From: Capsulimonadaceae bacterium
Lineage (GTDB): Bacteria > Armatimonadota > Armatimonadia > Armatimonadales > Capsulimonadaceae
Assembly: GCA_965215505.1 (NCBI GenBank)
Contig: OZ244065.1
Location: 5,536,001-5,600,000, forward strand
DNA length: 64,000 nt
Direction of reading: 5' to 3'
This document shows, piece after piece, positions 54,094 to 64,000 of this stretch. Positions within the stretch are counted from its first letter, which is position 1. The number at the start of each line of letters is the position of its first letter. The position numbers were made by a program, and so were the translations under genes. Under the pieces are notes generated by a model that had not been told where the DNA came from, searched no databases, and worked only from the letters and a program-made list of their open reading frames with translations.

Positions 54094-56754
54094 ATGTTCC
54101 GGCCCCCCCGTCGTTTCCGCTTTCTTCTCGCCTGGACGTTCTGCTGCCTCGGCAGCCTGCCGGCCGCCCCGGTGCGGGCCGACGGCCCGCCGCTGACCGC
54201 CGTGTTCGGCATCGCCGGGCGCTACCGCCCCGGTGCCTGGTGCCCCGTCACCGTCACCGTCCGCAACCCGTCGTCCGAGGGCCTTGCCGGGCAGGTGCAG
54301 GTTCTGGCGGGCGCGGACTCGAACCGGAACGGGGGCGGCGGCAACCGGGCACTCGGCGCGGCCCTGTTCGGCCGCCCCGTCACCGTCTCCTCCGGGGCGG
54401 CCCCGCAGCCCTTCATGCTCTACACGCGCGGCCTGGACCCCGGCCGGGACAGCGTCACCGTGCGGCTCTCCGAGGGCCGGCAGCGCGGCGACGGGCGCAC
54501 TCTCGCCTCGGCCAACACGCAGGACACGAAGACCTCGCAGGCCATCACGGGAACGCCCGTCAGCGACACCGACCTGCTGCTGGTCGGCCTGGGCGGCGAC
54601 CCCGGCGCATTCATCCCCCTGAACGGGCGTCAGCTCGGCCTGGCACACCAGGTCGGCGGGTTCGCCGTGGGCGGGAGCAATCCGGGCGGACAGCCCGCGA
54701 CCGTGCAGGTCGCCGAAGCGGCAGGGCCGGACCTCCCGGACAAGGCGGCCGGCTACGGCGGCGTGGACGCCTTCCTGCTCCGCAGCGACGCCCCGCTGGA
54801 CGCGCTCACCGAGGCGCAGGCGGAGGCACTGCGCGGCTGGGTGGCGGCGGGCGGCCACCTCGTCGTCTGCGGCGGCGTGGACCCCACCCGTTTCTCCTCG
54901 GCCTTCTACAACGGCCTGCTGCCTGCGGGCATCGGCGCGGCCCGCCCCGGCGCGGTCGCGATGCCGGGCGTCGGGCCGGTCGGCGCGCTGACGCTCACCC
55001 CGAAGCCGCTGCCCGGCGTCCGCGTGCTGGCCTCCGCGCCGGACGGCTCGCCGCTCGTCGTCGCCGGCCCCTACGGCGCGGGCTGCGTGACGCTGACGGC
55101 CTATGACCCGACATCCAGGGGGTTCCAGTCGTCCACGTTCGACAGCGGGGCGCTCTGGCGGACCCTGCTGACCGCCGGCCCCTCCGCCTCCGCCGCCGTA
55201 CTGCCCCAGGTCGCCGCCCGCGAGGAGAACTACCACCCCAACTATTACGGCGGCGACGCCCAGCTCCTCTCCGACGCGGTCATGCGCGGGCCGTCCCTGG
55301 ACGCGCCCGCGACCGAGGTCATCGGCCTGTTCCTGCTGGTCTACCTCATCGCCCTGGTCCCCGCCAATTATCTCATCCTGAAGCGGCTCGACCGCAAGGA
55401 GCTGGCCTGGGTGACGATCCCCGCCCTGGTCCTGCTCTTCGCGGTCGGCACCTTCGGCGTCGGCTATGCCGCCAAGGGCGGCACGGTCTTCGTCAACCGC
55501 GCCGCCATCGTCGAGACGACGGCGGGCCGGCGCGAGGCGGGCGTCTACGCCGAGCTTGGCCTGTTCTCGCCGCACCGGACCTCCTACGACATCGCGCTGC
55601 CCGGCGCGAACGGCCTGGCCGCCATCCCGAACCCCGGCTTGTCCTTCAACAACTTCCGGGGCGGCTCCAGCGCGGACACGCAGGACTCCGGCCTGACCAG
55701 GTTCGTGGAGACTCCGGACGGCACCTCCCTGCTCGACACCTCCGTCAACATGTGGGCCATGCGCGCCTTTGACGTGCAGGCGACCGAGGACTTGGGCGGG
55801 ACCGTGGACAGCACGCTCACCGCCCAGGGCGGCTCGCCCCCGAACGGCCTGGGCGTCGGCCCCGTCACGGGCACCGTGACCAACCACCTGTCCCACACGC
55901 TCACCGGCTGCGCCCTGCTCCACAACGGCCAGTGGCAGACATTGGGGGACCTTGCGCCCGGCGCGAGCGTCCCCGTCTCCGGCACGAGCGCCGTCGTTGG
56001 GCCGCCGGGGAGCCTGTCGGGCCTCCCCTTCAGCGGCAGGATGAACGGGAACGGCGGCGATGCCCAGGCAGACATCCACACACGGATGCAGGCGGCCCTC
56101 GCCGACTACGCGCGCTCGCTCGGGCAGCAGAACAACAACCAGTTCTATAACGGCGGTCAGACCCAGGCCCCGAGCGTTTATGTGCCCTCGTCCGGCGAGG
56201 CCCTGCTGCTGGGCTGGAGCAGCGACCCCGCCCTGGCCGGACCCGTCCCGCGCATTGACGGCCACGCGGTCCACGAGAACGACATCAGCCTCGTGATCGT
56301 CCATCTGCCGATCAAGGGCGCGCGGATCGTCGCCGCCGCGCTACCCCCGCCAACGCCCGGCATGGTGCGCCGGTTCCAGTTCCCCCCACAGCAACGGATG
56401 GCCTCGCGGTCCGCCCAGTTCGGCGTGACCGCCCGCACCGCGCCGGCCTACAAGCAGGCCATGGACGCGCACAGCCTGATGCTGGCCCGGAAGAACATCG
56501 GCAAGCAGTCCAGCTTCCACGGGACCGTCGCCAATGTCACGCAGGACGCGCAGGGCCAGACCTTGACCGTGGAGTTCGACCCGCAGTACCGGCTGGCAGT
56601 CACCGCCGTACTCACCTTCCGGGCCTACTCGCGGTTCCCCAACATGCAGACCTTGCGGGGCCGGGAGGTCGTCGTCTCCGGCCCGCTTCTTCAGTACGGG
56701 GACAAGATCGCCGTCATGCTGACCCGGCCGAGCCAGATCCAGGTCGTCCACTGA
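54094..56754 (+). CDS. Membrane-anchored ABC-associated protein (GATase-like domain, 2 TM, C-terminal OB-fold-like)
   Basis: YRPGAWCPV, LRGWVAAGGHLV, PANYLILKRLDR motifs. Confidence 0.75.
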   Translation: MFRPPRRFRFLLAWTFCCLGSLPAAPVRADGPPLTAVFGIAGRYRPGAWCPVTVTVRNPSSEGLAGQVQVLAGADSNRNGGGGNRALGAALFGRPVTVSSGAAPQPFMLYTRGLDPGRDSVTVRLSEGRQRGDGRTLASANTQDTKTSQAITGTPVSDTDLLLVGLGGDPGAFIPLNGRQLGLAHQVGGFAVGGSNPGGQPATVQVAEAAGPDLPDKAAGYGGVDAFLLRSDAPLDALTEAQAEALRGWVAAGGHLVVCGGVDPTRFSSAFYNGLLPAGIGAARPGAVAMPGVGPVGALTLTPKPLPGVRVLASAPDGSPLVVAGPYGAGCVTLTAYDPTSRGFQSSTFDSGALWRTLLTAGPSASAAVLPQVAAREENYHPNYYGGDAQLLSDAVMRGPSLDAPATEVIGLFLLVYLIALVPANYLILKRLDRKELAWVTIPALVLLFAVGTFGVGYAAKGGTVFVNRAAIVETTAGRREAGVYAELGLFSPHRTSYDIALPGANGLAAIPNPGLSFNNFRGGSSADTQDSGLTRFVETPDGTSLLDTSVNMWAMRAFDVQATEDLGGTVDSTLTAQGGSPPNGLGVGPVTGTVTNHLSHTLTGCALLHNGQWQTLGDLAPGASVPVSGTSAVVGPPGSLSGLPFSGRMNGNGGDAQADIHTRMQAALADYARSLGQQNNNQFYNGGQTQAPSVYVPSSGEALLLGWSSDPALAGPVPRIDGHAVHENDISLVIVHLPIKGARIVAAALPPPTPGMVRRFQFPPQQRMASRSAQFGVTARTAPAYKQAMDAHSLMLARKNIGKQSSFHGTVANVTQDAQGQTLTVEFDPQYRLAVTAVLTFRAYSRFPNMQTLRGREVVVSGPLLQYGDKIAVMLTRPSQIQVVH

Positions 56755-56755
56755 A

Positions 56756-57595
56756 ATGGGCCTCTTCACGAACAACCCGGTCCTGGAGCGCGAGCTGCGC
56801 GGGCGTCTCCGGCTGCGGCGCAAGGGCGCGGGCCGGGTGATCCCCGTCGTCGCCTGGCCCATCGCCCTGGTCGCCCTCTACTTCTACGCGCGCGGCCTGA
56901 CCGCGATCGGGCGCGGCACCAGCCGGGACGCCCAGGAACTCCTGCCCGTGATGGTATACGGCGCTCTGGCCTTGATCGTCCTGCTGGCCCCCGCGATGGC
57001 CTCCACCGCCATCACCCAGGAGCGCGAGCAGCAGACGTGGGACGCCCTGGCGACGACCAGGTTGTCGGCCTGGGAGATCCTGATCGGGAAGTGGGTGGGG
57101 CGTCAGGTCATCCCCTGGCTGATGATCGTCCTCTCCCTCCCGTACCTGGTGGCCTGCGCGTTCTTCGGCGGCATGGGCTTCGCGATCCTGCCCGCCGTAC
57201 TCGTTCTCCTGGTCGTGACGACGGCCTTCTACAGCGCCATAGGCCTGCTCTGCTCGTTCCAGGCGCGGAGGACGGTGGGCGCGACGGCGACCGCCCTGAC
57301 CATCACCGCCCTGCTCTGCGTCGGGACCGTGGTCGTGAACCAGGTCATCAAGATTTTTCAGCAGAACTCTAATTTCAGCGACTCGTGGGTCATGTGGCTC
57401 AACCCATTCTATGTCCTTTCGTCGCTTCTAGCGTGGCTGGGCCGGAACATCATCTATCAGAACAACACGGCACTCCCGATCGACCTGAATCCACTACAAG
57501 TCGGCTTCTATCTGCTCACCTCTGTCGCCGCCACCGCCGCCGCCTTCTACTTCATGGCGAGCCGTTATCACCGCGCCGTGCGCGAGCGGACGTGA
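56756..57595 (+). CDS. ABC-2 type permease
   Basis: NPVLERELR, ITQEREQQTWD..GK; 6 TMs. Confidence 0.88.
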   Translation: MGLFTNNPVLERELRGRLRLRRKGAGRVIPVVAWPIALVALYFYARGLTAIGRGTSRDAQELLPVMVYGALALIVLLAPAMASTAITQEREQQTWDALATTRLSAWEILIGKWVGRQVIPWLMIVLSLPYLVACAFFGGMGFAILPAVLVLLVVTTAFYSAIGLLCSFQARRTVGATATALTITALLCVGTVVVNQVIKIFQQNSNFSDSWVMWLNPFYVLSSLLAWLGRNIIYQNNTALPIDLNPLQVGFYLLTSVAATAAAFYFMASRYHRAVRERT

Positions 57596-57630
57596 GGCCG
57601 AACGGATTGAGACGCCGAACGGAATGAACG

Positions 57631-58614
57631 GTGAATGCTTTTCTCGACAGCCTGGCGCGTGTCCTCCTCGACAACCCCGTCTTCAGGCGCGAGACGCGCG
57701 GGTGGCTGCGCGGGCGCTGGCTGCGCCGCAGCCGGCCCTCCGCCTGGACGGCCGCGACGGTCGCGGCCGTCCTAGGCTGGCTGTATGTCCGTATCCTGTG
57801 GTCCATGGCGGACGTGGGCGTTCCGAGCTTCCGGCCCCTGTGGTTCTGGCTGACGCGGGGCCTGCTTCTGTTCGTCGTCGTGGTCGCGCCGATCCTGGCG
57901 TCCGCCAGCATCACGCGGGAACGTGAGCAGCGAACCTGGGAGAGCCTGACGCTGACGCGGTTGCCGGGGCATGAGGTGATTCTCGGCAAATGGCTTTCGG
58001 CACTGACGCCCGCGCTCCTGACGGTGCTGGCGACGGCACCGCTGCTCCTTCTGGTCGCCGTCGGCCTCGGCATGAGCCTCGCGCTGCTGGTGGTCATGCT
58101 CGCTTTCTACCTGCTGACGGCCGCCGCGTTCACGATGCTGGGCCTGCTCTGTTCGTTCGTCGCGCGTCACGCCTCGTCCGCCCGGACGGCAGTGCTGACC
58201 ACCACCTTCGCGTCGTGCTTCGGCCTGATCATCGTGGACGGCATCCTGCGCGTCCTGGCGCTCCCGTGGGTGCATTCCGGCACGCCGTGGGGCGTCCTCT
58301 CGCCGGACGGATACGGAGGCCCCCTCCAGGATGACTACGGCTATCATGGGCTGCCCGCCGTGTCCTGGTTCAGCCCGCTTTATGTGCTTTCAGTGCTTTC
58401 CAATCGGATGAGTGCGGGGGCCGCCTCTTCCGCCGCCCCCCGGTGGCAGGTGTCGGAGGAAGACGCGGATGTCTGGAGCGCGGACCCGTCTCATGTCCTG
58501 CTCGTCTATGACCTGGGCCTCGTCATCGGCATCGCCCTGTGCCTCTATTACATGCTGACCCGCTACCGCCGGGACGTGCGCGGCGGCAGACCGCTAGGAG
58601 AACCCATCGCGTGA
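57631..58614 (+). CDS. ABC-2 type permease (paralog)
   Basis: DNPVFRRE, ITREREQRTWE..GK. Confidence 0.85.
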   Translation: MNAFLDSLARVLLDNPVFRRETRGWLRGRWLRRSRPSAWTAATVAAVLGWLYVRILWSMADVGVPSFRPLWFWLTRGLLLFVVVVAPILASASITREREQRTWESLTLTRLPGHEVILGKWLSALTPALLTVLATAPLLLLVAVGLGMSLALLVVMLAFYLLTAAAFTMLGLLCSFVARHASSARTAVLTTTFASCFGLIIVDGILRVLALPWVHSGTPWGVLSPDGYGGPLQDDYGYHGLPAVSWFSPLYVLSVLSNRMSAGAASSAAPRWQVSEEDADVWSADPSHVLLVYDLGLVIGIALCLYYMLTRYRRDVRGGRPLGEPIA

Positions 58615-59537
58615 TCAAGATCAGCCACCTGAACAAAGAGTATAAAGGCCTCACGGCCGTCAAGGACCTCAGCCTGCACCTGGAGGCGGGCGACATCTTC
58701 GGCTTCATCGGCCCGAACGGGGCCGGCAAGACGACCACGATCAAGATGCTCGCCACTCTGCTCAAGCCGACCTCGGGCACGGCCCTCATTGACGGCATTG
58801 ACGTCGTCGAGAACCCCGAGGCCGTGCGCGGGCGGATCGGCTACATGCCGGCCTTCTTCGGCATCTACGACGACATGCGGGTCTGGGAGTATCTGGACTT
58901 CTTCGCGGGCGCGTACCGGCTGCCGCGCGCGCAGCGCCCGCGCATCATTGATGACGTGCTGAACCTCACCGACCTGAGTGGAAAAAAAGACAATTATGTG
59001 GAAGAATTATCCACGGGCATGAAGCAGCGGCTCTGCCTGGCGAAGACGCTCATCCATGACCCCAAAGTCCTGCTGCTCGACGAGCCGGCGTCCGGGCTGG
59101 ACCCGCGCGCCCGCATCGAGATCAAGGAGCTGTTCAAAGAACTGAAGGCGATGGGGAAGACGATCATCATCTCCTCGCACATCCTGCCCGAGCTCGCCGA
59201 CTTCTGCAACAAGGTCGGCATCATCGAGCGCGGCGAACTTCTGGTGTCCGGCGACGTCCAGGAGATCATGGCCCAGATCACCGGCGGCAAGACGCTGGAG
59301 ATCAAGCTGCTGGGGGACACCGAAAAGGCCCTGGCGATCCTCGCCGACGCCCCCGGCGTCCGCGCCGTCCGCCCCATGGAAGCCCACCTGCACGTCGAGT
59401 TCACCGGCGACCTGGAGGCGCAGGCGGGCCTGAACAAGCTCCTGGTGGACAGCGGCCTGCGCGTCCAGACATTCTCGGAGCAGGAGACGGACCTGGAAGA
59501 CATTTTCATGAAGGTGACAAAGGGACTCGTGCAGTGA
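58611..59537 (+). CDS. ABC transporter ATP-binding protein
   Basis: GPNGAGKT, LSTGMKQ, LLLDEP, SSH; GTG start overlapping the upstream stop. Confidence 0.95.
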   Translation: MIKISHLNKEYKGLTAVKDLSLHLEAGDIFGFIGPNGAGKTTTIKMLATLLKPTSGTALIDGIDVVENPEAVRGRIGYMPAFFGIYDDMRVWEYLDFFAGAYRLPRAQRPRIIDDVLNLTDLSGKKDNYVEELSTGMKQRLCLAKTLIHDPKVLLLDEPASGLDPRARIEIKELFKELKAMGKTIIISSHILPELADFCNKVGIIERGELLVSGDVQEIMAQITGGKTLEIKLLGDTEKALAILADAPGVRAVRPMEAHLHVEFTGDLEAQAGLNKLLVDSGLRVQTFSEQETDLEDIFMKVTKGLVQ

Positions 59538-59609
59538 AGGACTAGATGTGCAGTGACGGATTAGCGCCGACTGGGGGCGGTCGCGGCTGAGGGAGGCGGA
59601 AAGTAGACC

Positions 59610-60137
59610 ATGATACGAGTGGGCATTCTGGGGTTGGCCCGCCGGGAAGGCACCTTCGCCGAAGTGGGCCTGCGGTCCTGGGAGGAGGCGGGCTGCGCCT
59701 GCGTCGAGCGAGTCCTGATGGCGACGGGAGCGAGCCTTTACACCGTCCACCGCCCGCTCGTCCTCCGCAGCGCGCGTGCCGAAGTCGAGCGTACCCTGCG
59801 CGACTGGTGTGACGCCCCTAACGTATCAGCGCGGTGCGACCTGATCCTGACCGTCGGCGGGACCGGCTACTCGGGCGCGGACGTCATGCCCGAGGCCACC
59901 CAGCCGCTCCTCAAGCGCCCAGCGCCCGGCATCATCGAGGCCATGCGCCAGGCGGCCCTGGGGGCGGGCCAGACGCAGGCGTGCGTCTCGCGCGGCGTCG
60001 CCGGGATGCGCGGGCGGACCCTGCTGATCAACCTTCCCGGCGTCATCCAGGGCATGGCCGATGAGGGCAGTCTCACCCTCGCCACGCAGACACTCCTGCC
60101 TTACCTGCCCGACATACTGGCCGCAGTCATGGAGTGA
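59610..60137 (+). CDS. MogA/MoaB molybdopterin-binding protein
   Basis: ILTVGGTG..DVMPEAT, SRGVAG, INLPG. Confidence 0.85.
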   Translation: MIRVGILGLARREGTFAEVGLRSWEEAGCACVERVLMATGASLYTVHRPLVLRSARAEVERTLRDWCDAPNVSARCDLILTVGGTGYSGADVMPEATQPLLKRPAPGIIEAMRQAALGAGQTQACVSRGVAGMRGRTLLINLPGVIQGMADEGSLTLATQTLLPYLPDILAAVME

Positions 60138-60190
60138 CCTGCCGGCGAGCCTGGGTTGACCCTGGCTGTGGAAAAATGATATACTAAGGC

Positions 60191-61411
60191 ATGAGGACGC
60201 CGCCCTACGATCTCTTCGGCCACGCCCCCGACTCGACCTGCATGCCCGAGTCCGCCGATGAGGCGCAGGAGATCGTGCGGCAGTCGGTGGGGAGGGCGAT
60301 CATCCCATGGGGCGGGGCGACACGCCGGCATCTGGGCCATCCGCCGACCCGCTATGACCTGGCCCTCTCCACGCAAAAACTCGACCGGATCACGGACTAC
60401 GCGCCCGCCGACCTGACCGTGACCGCCCAGGCCGGAGTCACGGTCGCCGCGCTGCAAGAGGCGCTGGCCGCGCAGGGGCAATTCCTGCCCCTGGACATCG
60501 CCCTTCCCGAACGGCAGACCGTCGGGGGCGTCGTCGCGACCCGCGCGAACAGCCTGCGACGGCTGGCGAACGGCAGCGTCCGCGACTCGCTGCTGGGAGT
60601 CACCGTCATCAATGGCCGGGGCGAGTGGATCAAGGGCGGCGGCAAGGTCGTCAAGAACGTCGCCGGCTATGACCTGCCCAAGCTCTACTGCGGCTCGTTC
60701 GGCACGCTGGGCTTGATTACCGAGGCGACGTTCAAAGTCGCGCCCCTGCCCCCGGCCTCGGCCACCGTCGCCCTGCCACTCGACCCGGACCACAACAGCG
60801 AAGACGTCCTGGACCATCTCCTGGCGTCCGATCTGACGCCCTCCTTCCTGTCCCTGCTCGGTCCCGACGCCGCCCGGTCCGTTCTCCCGGAGGCATCCGG
60901 GGCGCAGTATGTCGTCCTCGGCTTTGACAGCGACGGGGAAGCCGTCGCCTGGCAGATCGAGACATTGGGGGCCGCCGCGCTGCCCGAAGAGGCCGCCGCC
61001 CTTGTCCGCGCCCGCCTGCGCGACTTCGCCCTCGACGACGCCCCGATGACCGCTTCGTTCCACATTCTCTCGTCCCAGGTCGGCGCGTTCTCGCGTATGG
61101 TCGAGTGGACCGCACGCCGGACGGGATTTTCCGCCCAGGTCGCCGCCGACGCCGCCCTGGGCCTGATGACGGCGCACTTCGCGCCCGCCGGCGGGGATGC
61201 CGACTGGGGCGCCTTTTACGCCGACCTGAAGGACAAGGCCGACCGCTGCGGCGGCAGCTTCATCATCGAGCGGATGCCGGACCGCCTGCGCGCCCTCGAC
61301 ACCCCGGTCTGGTCGCCGCTCCTGGCCGACTTCGGCCTGATGGCACGCCTGAAAGACGCCTTAGACCCCGACCGGATGTGGAATCCAGGCCGGTTCGTCG
61401 GTAAACTATGA
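60191..61411 (+). CDS. glcE: FAD-binding glycolate oxidase subunit GlcE-like
   Basis: GGKVVKNVAGYDL, GSFGTLG, LDP..WNPGR. Confidence 0.85.
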   Translation: MRTPPYDLFGHAPDSTCMPESADEAQEIVRQSVGRAIIPWGGATRRHLGHPPTRYDLALSTQKLDRITDYAPADLTVTAQAGVTVAALQEALAAQGQFLPLDIALPERQTVGGVVATRANSLRRLANGSVRDSLLGVTVINGRGEWIKGGGKVVKNVAGYDLPKLYCGSFGTLGLITEATFKVAPLPPASATVALPLDPDHNSEDVLDHLLASDLTPSFLSLLGPDAARSVLPEASGAQYVVLGFDSDGEAVAWQIETLGAAALPEEAAALVRARLRDFALDDAPMTASFHILSSQVGAFSRMVEWTARRTGFSAQVAADAALGLMTAHFAPAGGDADWGAFYADLKDKADRCGGSFIIERMPDRLRALDTPVWSPLLADFGLMARLKDALDPDRMWNPGRFVGKL

Positions 61412-62685
61412 CCAACGCCCAGCAAGACTCACACGAACAGGACCTGATGGCCTGCGTCCACTGCGGCCTCTGCCTCCCCTCCTGCCCCACCTATCTGGAA
61501 ACCGGCAGCGAGGCGGACAGCCCGCGCGGGCGGATCGTCCTGATGCGGAAGATGCACGAAGGCACCCTGTCGCCGCAGGATGCCGACGTCACCCGGCACC
61601 TCGACCTGTGCCTGGGCTGCCGCGCCTGCGAAACCGCCTGCCCCTCCGCCGTGCCTTACGGGCGTATTCTGGAGACGGCCCGCGAACGGATCAACGCGGA
61701 ACACGCTCGGCCCCGCCCGACCGATCTGTCCCGCTGGGCCTTGCTGGAGACGCTCACGCACCCGCCCCGCATGACCGCCGCGATGCGCGCCGCCCAGGCC
61801 GTGACCGGCGGCGGCGTACCGGCCCCCGCCGTGCGCCTCCTGTCTGGAGATGTTCACGCGGCGGCGCAGGCGACCACTCTGCCGGACGTGCTTTCGCCGC
61901 CGCTCCCGCCGGTCGTGACGGCCGCTGTGGGGAAGAAGCGGGCACGGGTCGGCGTCCTCGCCGGCTGCGCCATGCGCGTGCTGTTCGGCGATGTCAATGC
62001 CGACACCGTGGCCGTCCTCGCCGCCAACGGCTGTGAGGTCCTGGTGAACCGTCGGCAGGGCTGCTGCGGCGCGCTGCACGGGCACAACGGCTATGGGGAC
62101 GAGGCCAAGTCTCTGGCACGTTCGCTCATAGACGCCTTCTCGCCGTTTGATGGTCTGGACGCGGTCGTCGTCAACTCGGCAGGCTGCGGCAGCATGATGA
62201 AGGAATACGGGCACCTGCTGGCCGACGATCCTCAGTACGCCGCCCGCGCCGCCGCCTTCGCTTCTAAGGTCCGCGACGTGTGCGAGTGGCTGGACGAGGT
62301 CGGCTGGGTCGCGCCGTTCCGGGCTGCCCCGGCAGCACCCGTGACGATGACCTACCATGACGCCTGCCACCTTGCCCACGGGCAGCAGGTCCGCGAGGCA
62401 CCCCGCGCCCTGCTGGCACTCCTGCCCAATGTGACCTGGGCGCAGCTGCCCGAAAGTGAGGTCTGCTGCGGCTCGGCGGGCATCTATAATCTCACCGAGC
62501 CGACAATGGCACGGAATTTGCAGAGACGTAAACTGGAAAACATCCACGCGACCGGCGCGTCCGTCGTCGCGGCGGGCAACCCCGGCTGCCTGTCCTGGAT
62601 CGGGGCGGGCCTGAAAGAGCGCGGCCTGCCGGACATCCGCGTCGCGCACCCCGTGACACTGCTGGCCGAGTCACTGCGGACTTAA
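61408..62685 (+). CDS. glcF: Glycolate oxidase Fe-S subunit GlcF
   Basis: CVHCGLCLPSCPT, CLGCRACETACP, CCG domains. Confidence 0.88.
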   Translation: MTNAQQDSHEQDLMACVHCGLCLPSCPTYLETGSEADSPRGRIVLMRKMHEGTLSPQDADVTRHLDLCLGCRACETACPSAVPYGRILETARERINAEHARPRPTDLSRWALLETLTHPPRMTAAMRAAQAVTGGGVPAPAVRLLSGDVHAAAQATTLPDVLSPPLPPVVTAAVGKKRARVGVLAGCAMRVLFGDVNADTVAVLAANGCEVLVNRRQGCCGALHGHNGYGDEAKSLARSLIDAFSPFDGLDAVVVNSAGCGSMMKEYGHLLADDPQYAARAAAFASKVRDVCEWLDEVGWVAPFRAAPAAPVTMTYHDACHLAHGQQVREAPRALLALLPNVTWAQLPESEVCCGSAGIYNLTEPTMARNLQRRKLENIHATGASVVAAGNPGCLSWIGAGLKERGLPDIRVAHPVTLLAESLRT

Positions 62686-62688
62686 CTT

Positions 62689-63261
62689 ATGCTGACAAAA
62701 CACATCGAAGAACTACAACGGGACCTGCAAGCACTGGCCGCCCACGAGGCGACCTTGAACGCGCTGGCCGACGCCGTCCTGCACGCCTTCAGCCACGGCG
62801 GCAAGCTGCTCACCTGCGGCAACGGCGGGTCGGCGGCGGAGGCCGCCCATCTGGCCGAGGAGTTCACCGGGCGCTTCTACCGTGAGCGGAAGTCGCTGCC
62901 GGGGATGTGCCTGTCCATAGACGGCACACTCCTGACCTGCATCGGCAACGACTATGGGTACGACGAGATATTCGCGCGGCAGGTTCACTCCCTCGGGATG
63001 CCGGGCGACGTGCTGGCCGTCTTCACCAGCAGCGGCAACTCGGAGAACGTCGTGCGCGCCCTGACGGCGGCTCGGGAGCGCGGGCTGGTCACGGGCGCAT
63101 TCCTGGGGAAGACCGGCGGCAAGTGCAAGGGGTTGGCGGACCACGAGATGGTCGTGCAGAGCGTCAACCCAAGCGCGATGCGTATCCAGGAGTGCCACCA
63201 ACTGATGCTGCACGCCCTCTGCGAGCGCGTCGAGGTGACTCTTCTTGGCATCGAGCAGTAA
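62689..63261 (+). CDS. gmhA: Sedoheptulose-7-phosphate isomerase (SIS)
   Basis: GNGGSAAEAAH, GNDYGY, TSSGNS, RIQECH. Confidence 0.9.
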   Translation: MLTKHIEELQRDLQALAAHEATLNALADAVLHAFSHGGKLLTCGNGGSAAEAAHLAEEFTGRFYRERKSLPGMCLSIDGTLLTCIGNDYGYDEIFARQVHSLGMPGDVLAVFTSSGNSENVVRALTAARERGLVTGAFLGKTGGKCKGLADHEMVVQSVNPSAMRIQECHQLMLHALCERVEVTLLGIEQ

Positions 63262-63276
63262 TAGACAGGAAATCCC

Positions 63277-64000
63277 ATGAGCTTCTGTGACAAACTGGCG
63301 GCGGGCGTCCCGACGCTCTCCTATGAGTTCTCGCCCCCCAAAAACCCGGCGGGGTGGGCCACTCTCTACTCGACGCTGGGCGAGATCACCCGGCAGGCAC
63401 CCGACTTCGTCTCCGTCACCTACGGCGCGGGCGGCTCCAACCGGGAGAAGACGGTGGGCCTCGTCAGCCGCATCGAGCGCGAGCTGGATATCGAGTCCGT
63501 GCCGCACCTCACCTGCGTCGGCCATTCCCAGGCGGAGATCCGCGACATCCTGACGACCCTCCAAGGGGCGGGCATCCGGCACCTGATGGCCCTGCGCGGC
63601 GACGCGCCCCAGGACGACCCGCAGTATAAGCCGCATCCGGACGGCTTCGCCCACGCCAGCGATTTGATTGAGTTCGTCAAGGCGAACTTCGACTTCCACG
63701 TCGGCTGCGCCTTCTACCCGGAGAAGCACCCCGACGCCGAACACATCGACCACGACATCCAGTGGCTCAAGTTCAAGCAGGAGTGCGGGGCTGAGTTCGC
63801 CACCTCCCAGCTTTTCTTCGACAATGACCTCTTCTACGCCTTCCGCGACAAGGCCGCACAGGCGGGCATCACCTTCCCGCTCGTCGCCGGCATCCTGCCC
63901 GTCACGTCCCTGGGCCAGCTCAAGCGCATCGGCGAACTCAGCGGCCAGGCCATCCCGAAGAAGCTGCTGGACGCTCTGGGGGAGGGGACCGAGAAGGAGA
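63277..64000 (+). CDS. metF: 5,10-methylenetetrahydrofolate reductase, 3'-truncated by window
   Basis: Hand translation: SYEFSPPK, VSVTYGAGG, PHLTC, ALRGD, FYPEKH, SQLFFDN. Confidence 0.93.
   Translation, partial: MSFCDKLAAGVPTLSYEFSPPKNPAGWATLYSTLGEITRQAPDFVSVTYGAGGSNREKTVGLVSRIERELDIESVPHLTCVGHSQAEIRDILTTLQGAGIRHLMALRGDAPQDDPQYKPHPDGFAHASDLIEFVKANFDFHVGCAFYPEKHPDAEHIDHDIQWLKFKQECGAEFATSQLFFDNDLFYAFRDKAAQAGITFPLVAGILPVTSLGQLKRIGELSGQAIPKKLLDALGEGTEKE

Noticed and set aside
54007-56304. 765-aa minus-strand ORF
   Set aside because: Antisense shadow of the ABC-associated gene.

Overview
64 kb of high-GC bacterial chromosome. The gene mix (TonB system, DUF1559 H-X9-DG protein, Firmicutes/Actinobacteria-like uvrC-yvlD-rapZ-yvcK, fhaA and floA loci) suggests Armatimonadota; this is an inference, not a database result. 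Housekeeping genes (cdd, tlyA, murJ, uvrC, rapZ, yvcK, crcB, class I aldolase, yebC, glcEF, gmhA, metF) are interspersed with accessory modules. Main points of interest: (1) a DUF2946-like CxxC/RAPP upstream ORF heading a TonB receptor-exbB-exbD-tonB operon; (2) a SARP-STAND-TPR regulator divergent, across 20-bp-phased direct repeats, from DUF4282 and two secreted proteins with different N-terminal passengers on a shared six-repeat C-terminal domain, plus a decayed duplicate of the uvrC 5' end that records the duplication; (3) a lower-GC islet with an IS3-interrupted HExxH zincin and a HicB-like/STAS fusion; (4) an ExeA-like AAA ATPase paired with a ParG-like RHH protein; (5) MurJ with a ~110-aa coiled-coil insertion; (6) many apparently leaderless genes. 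No rRNA, tRNA or CRISPR array was seen. All family calls come from motif recognition by eye.
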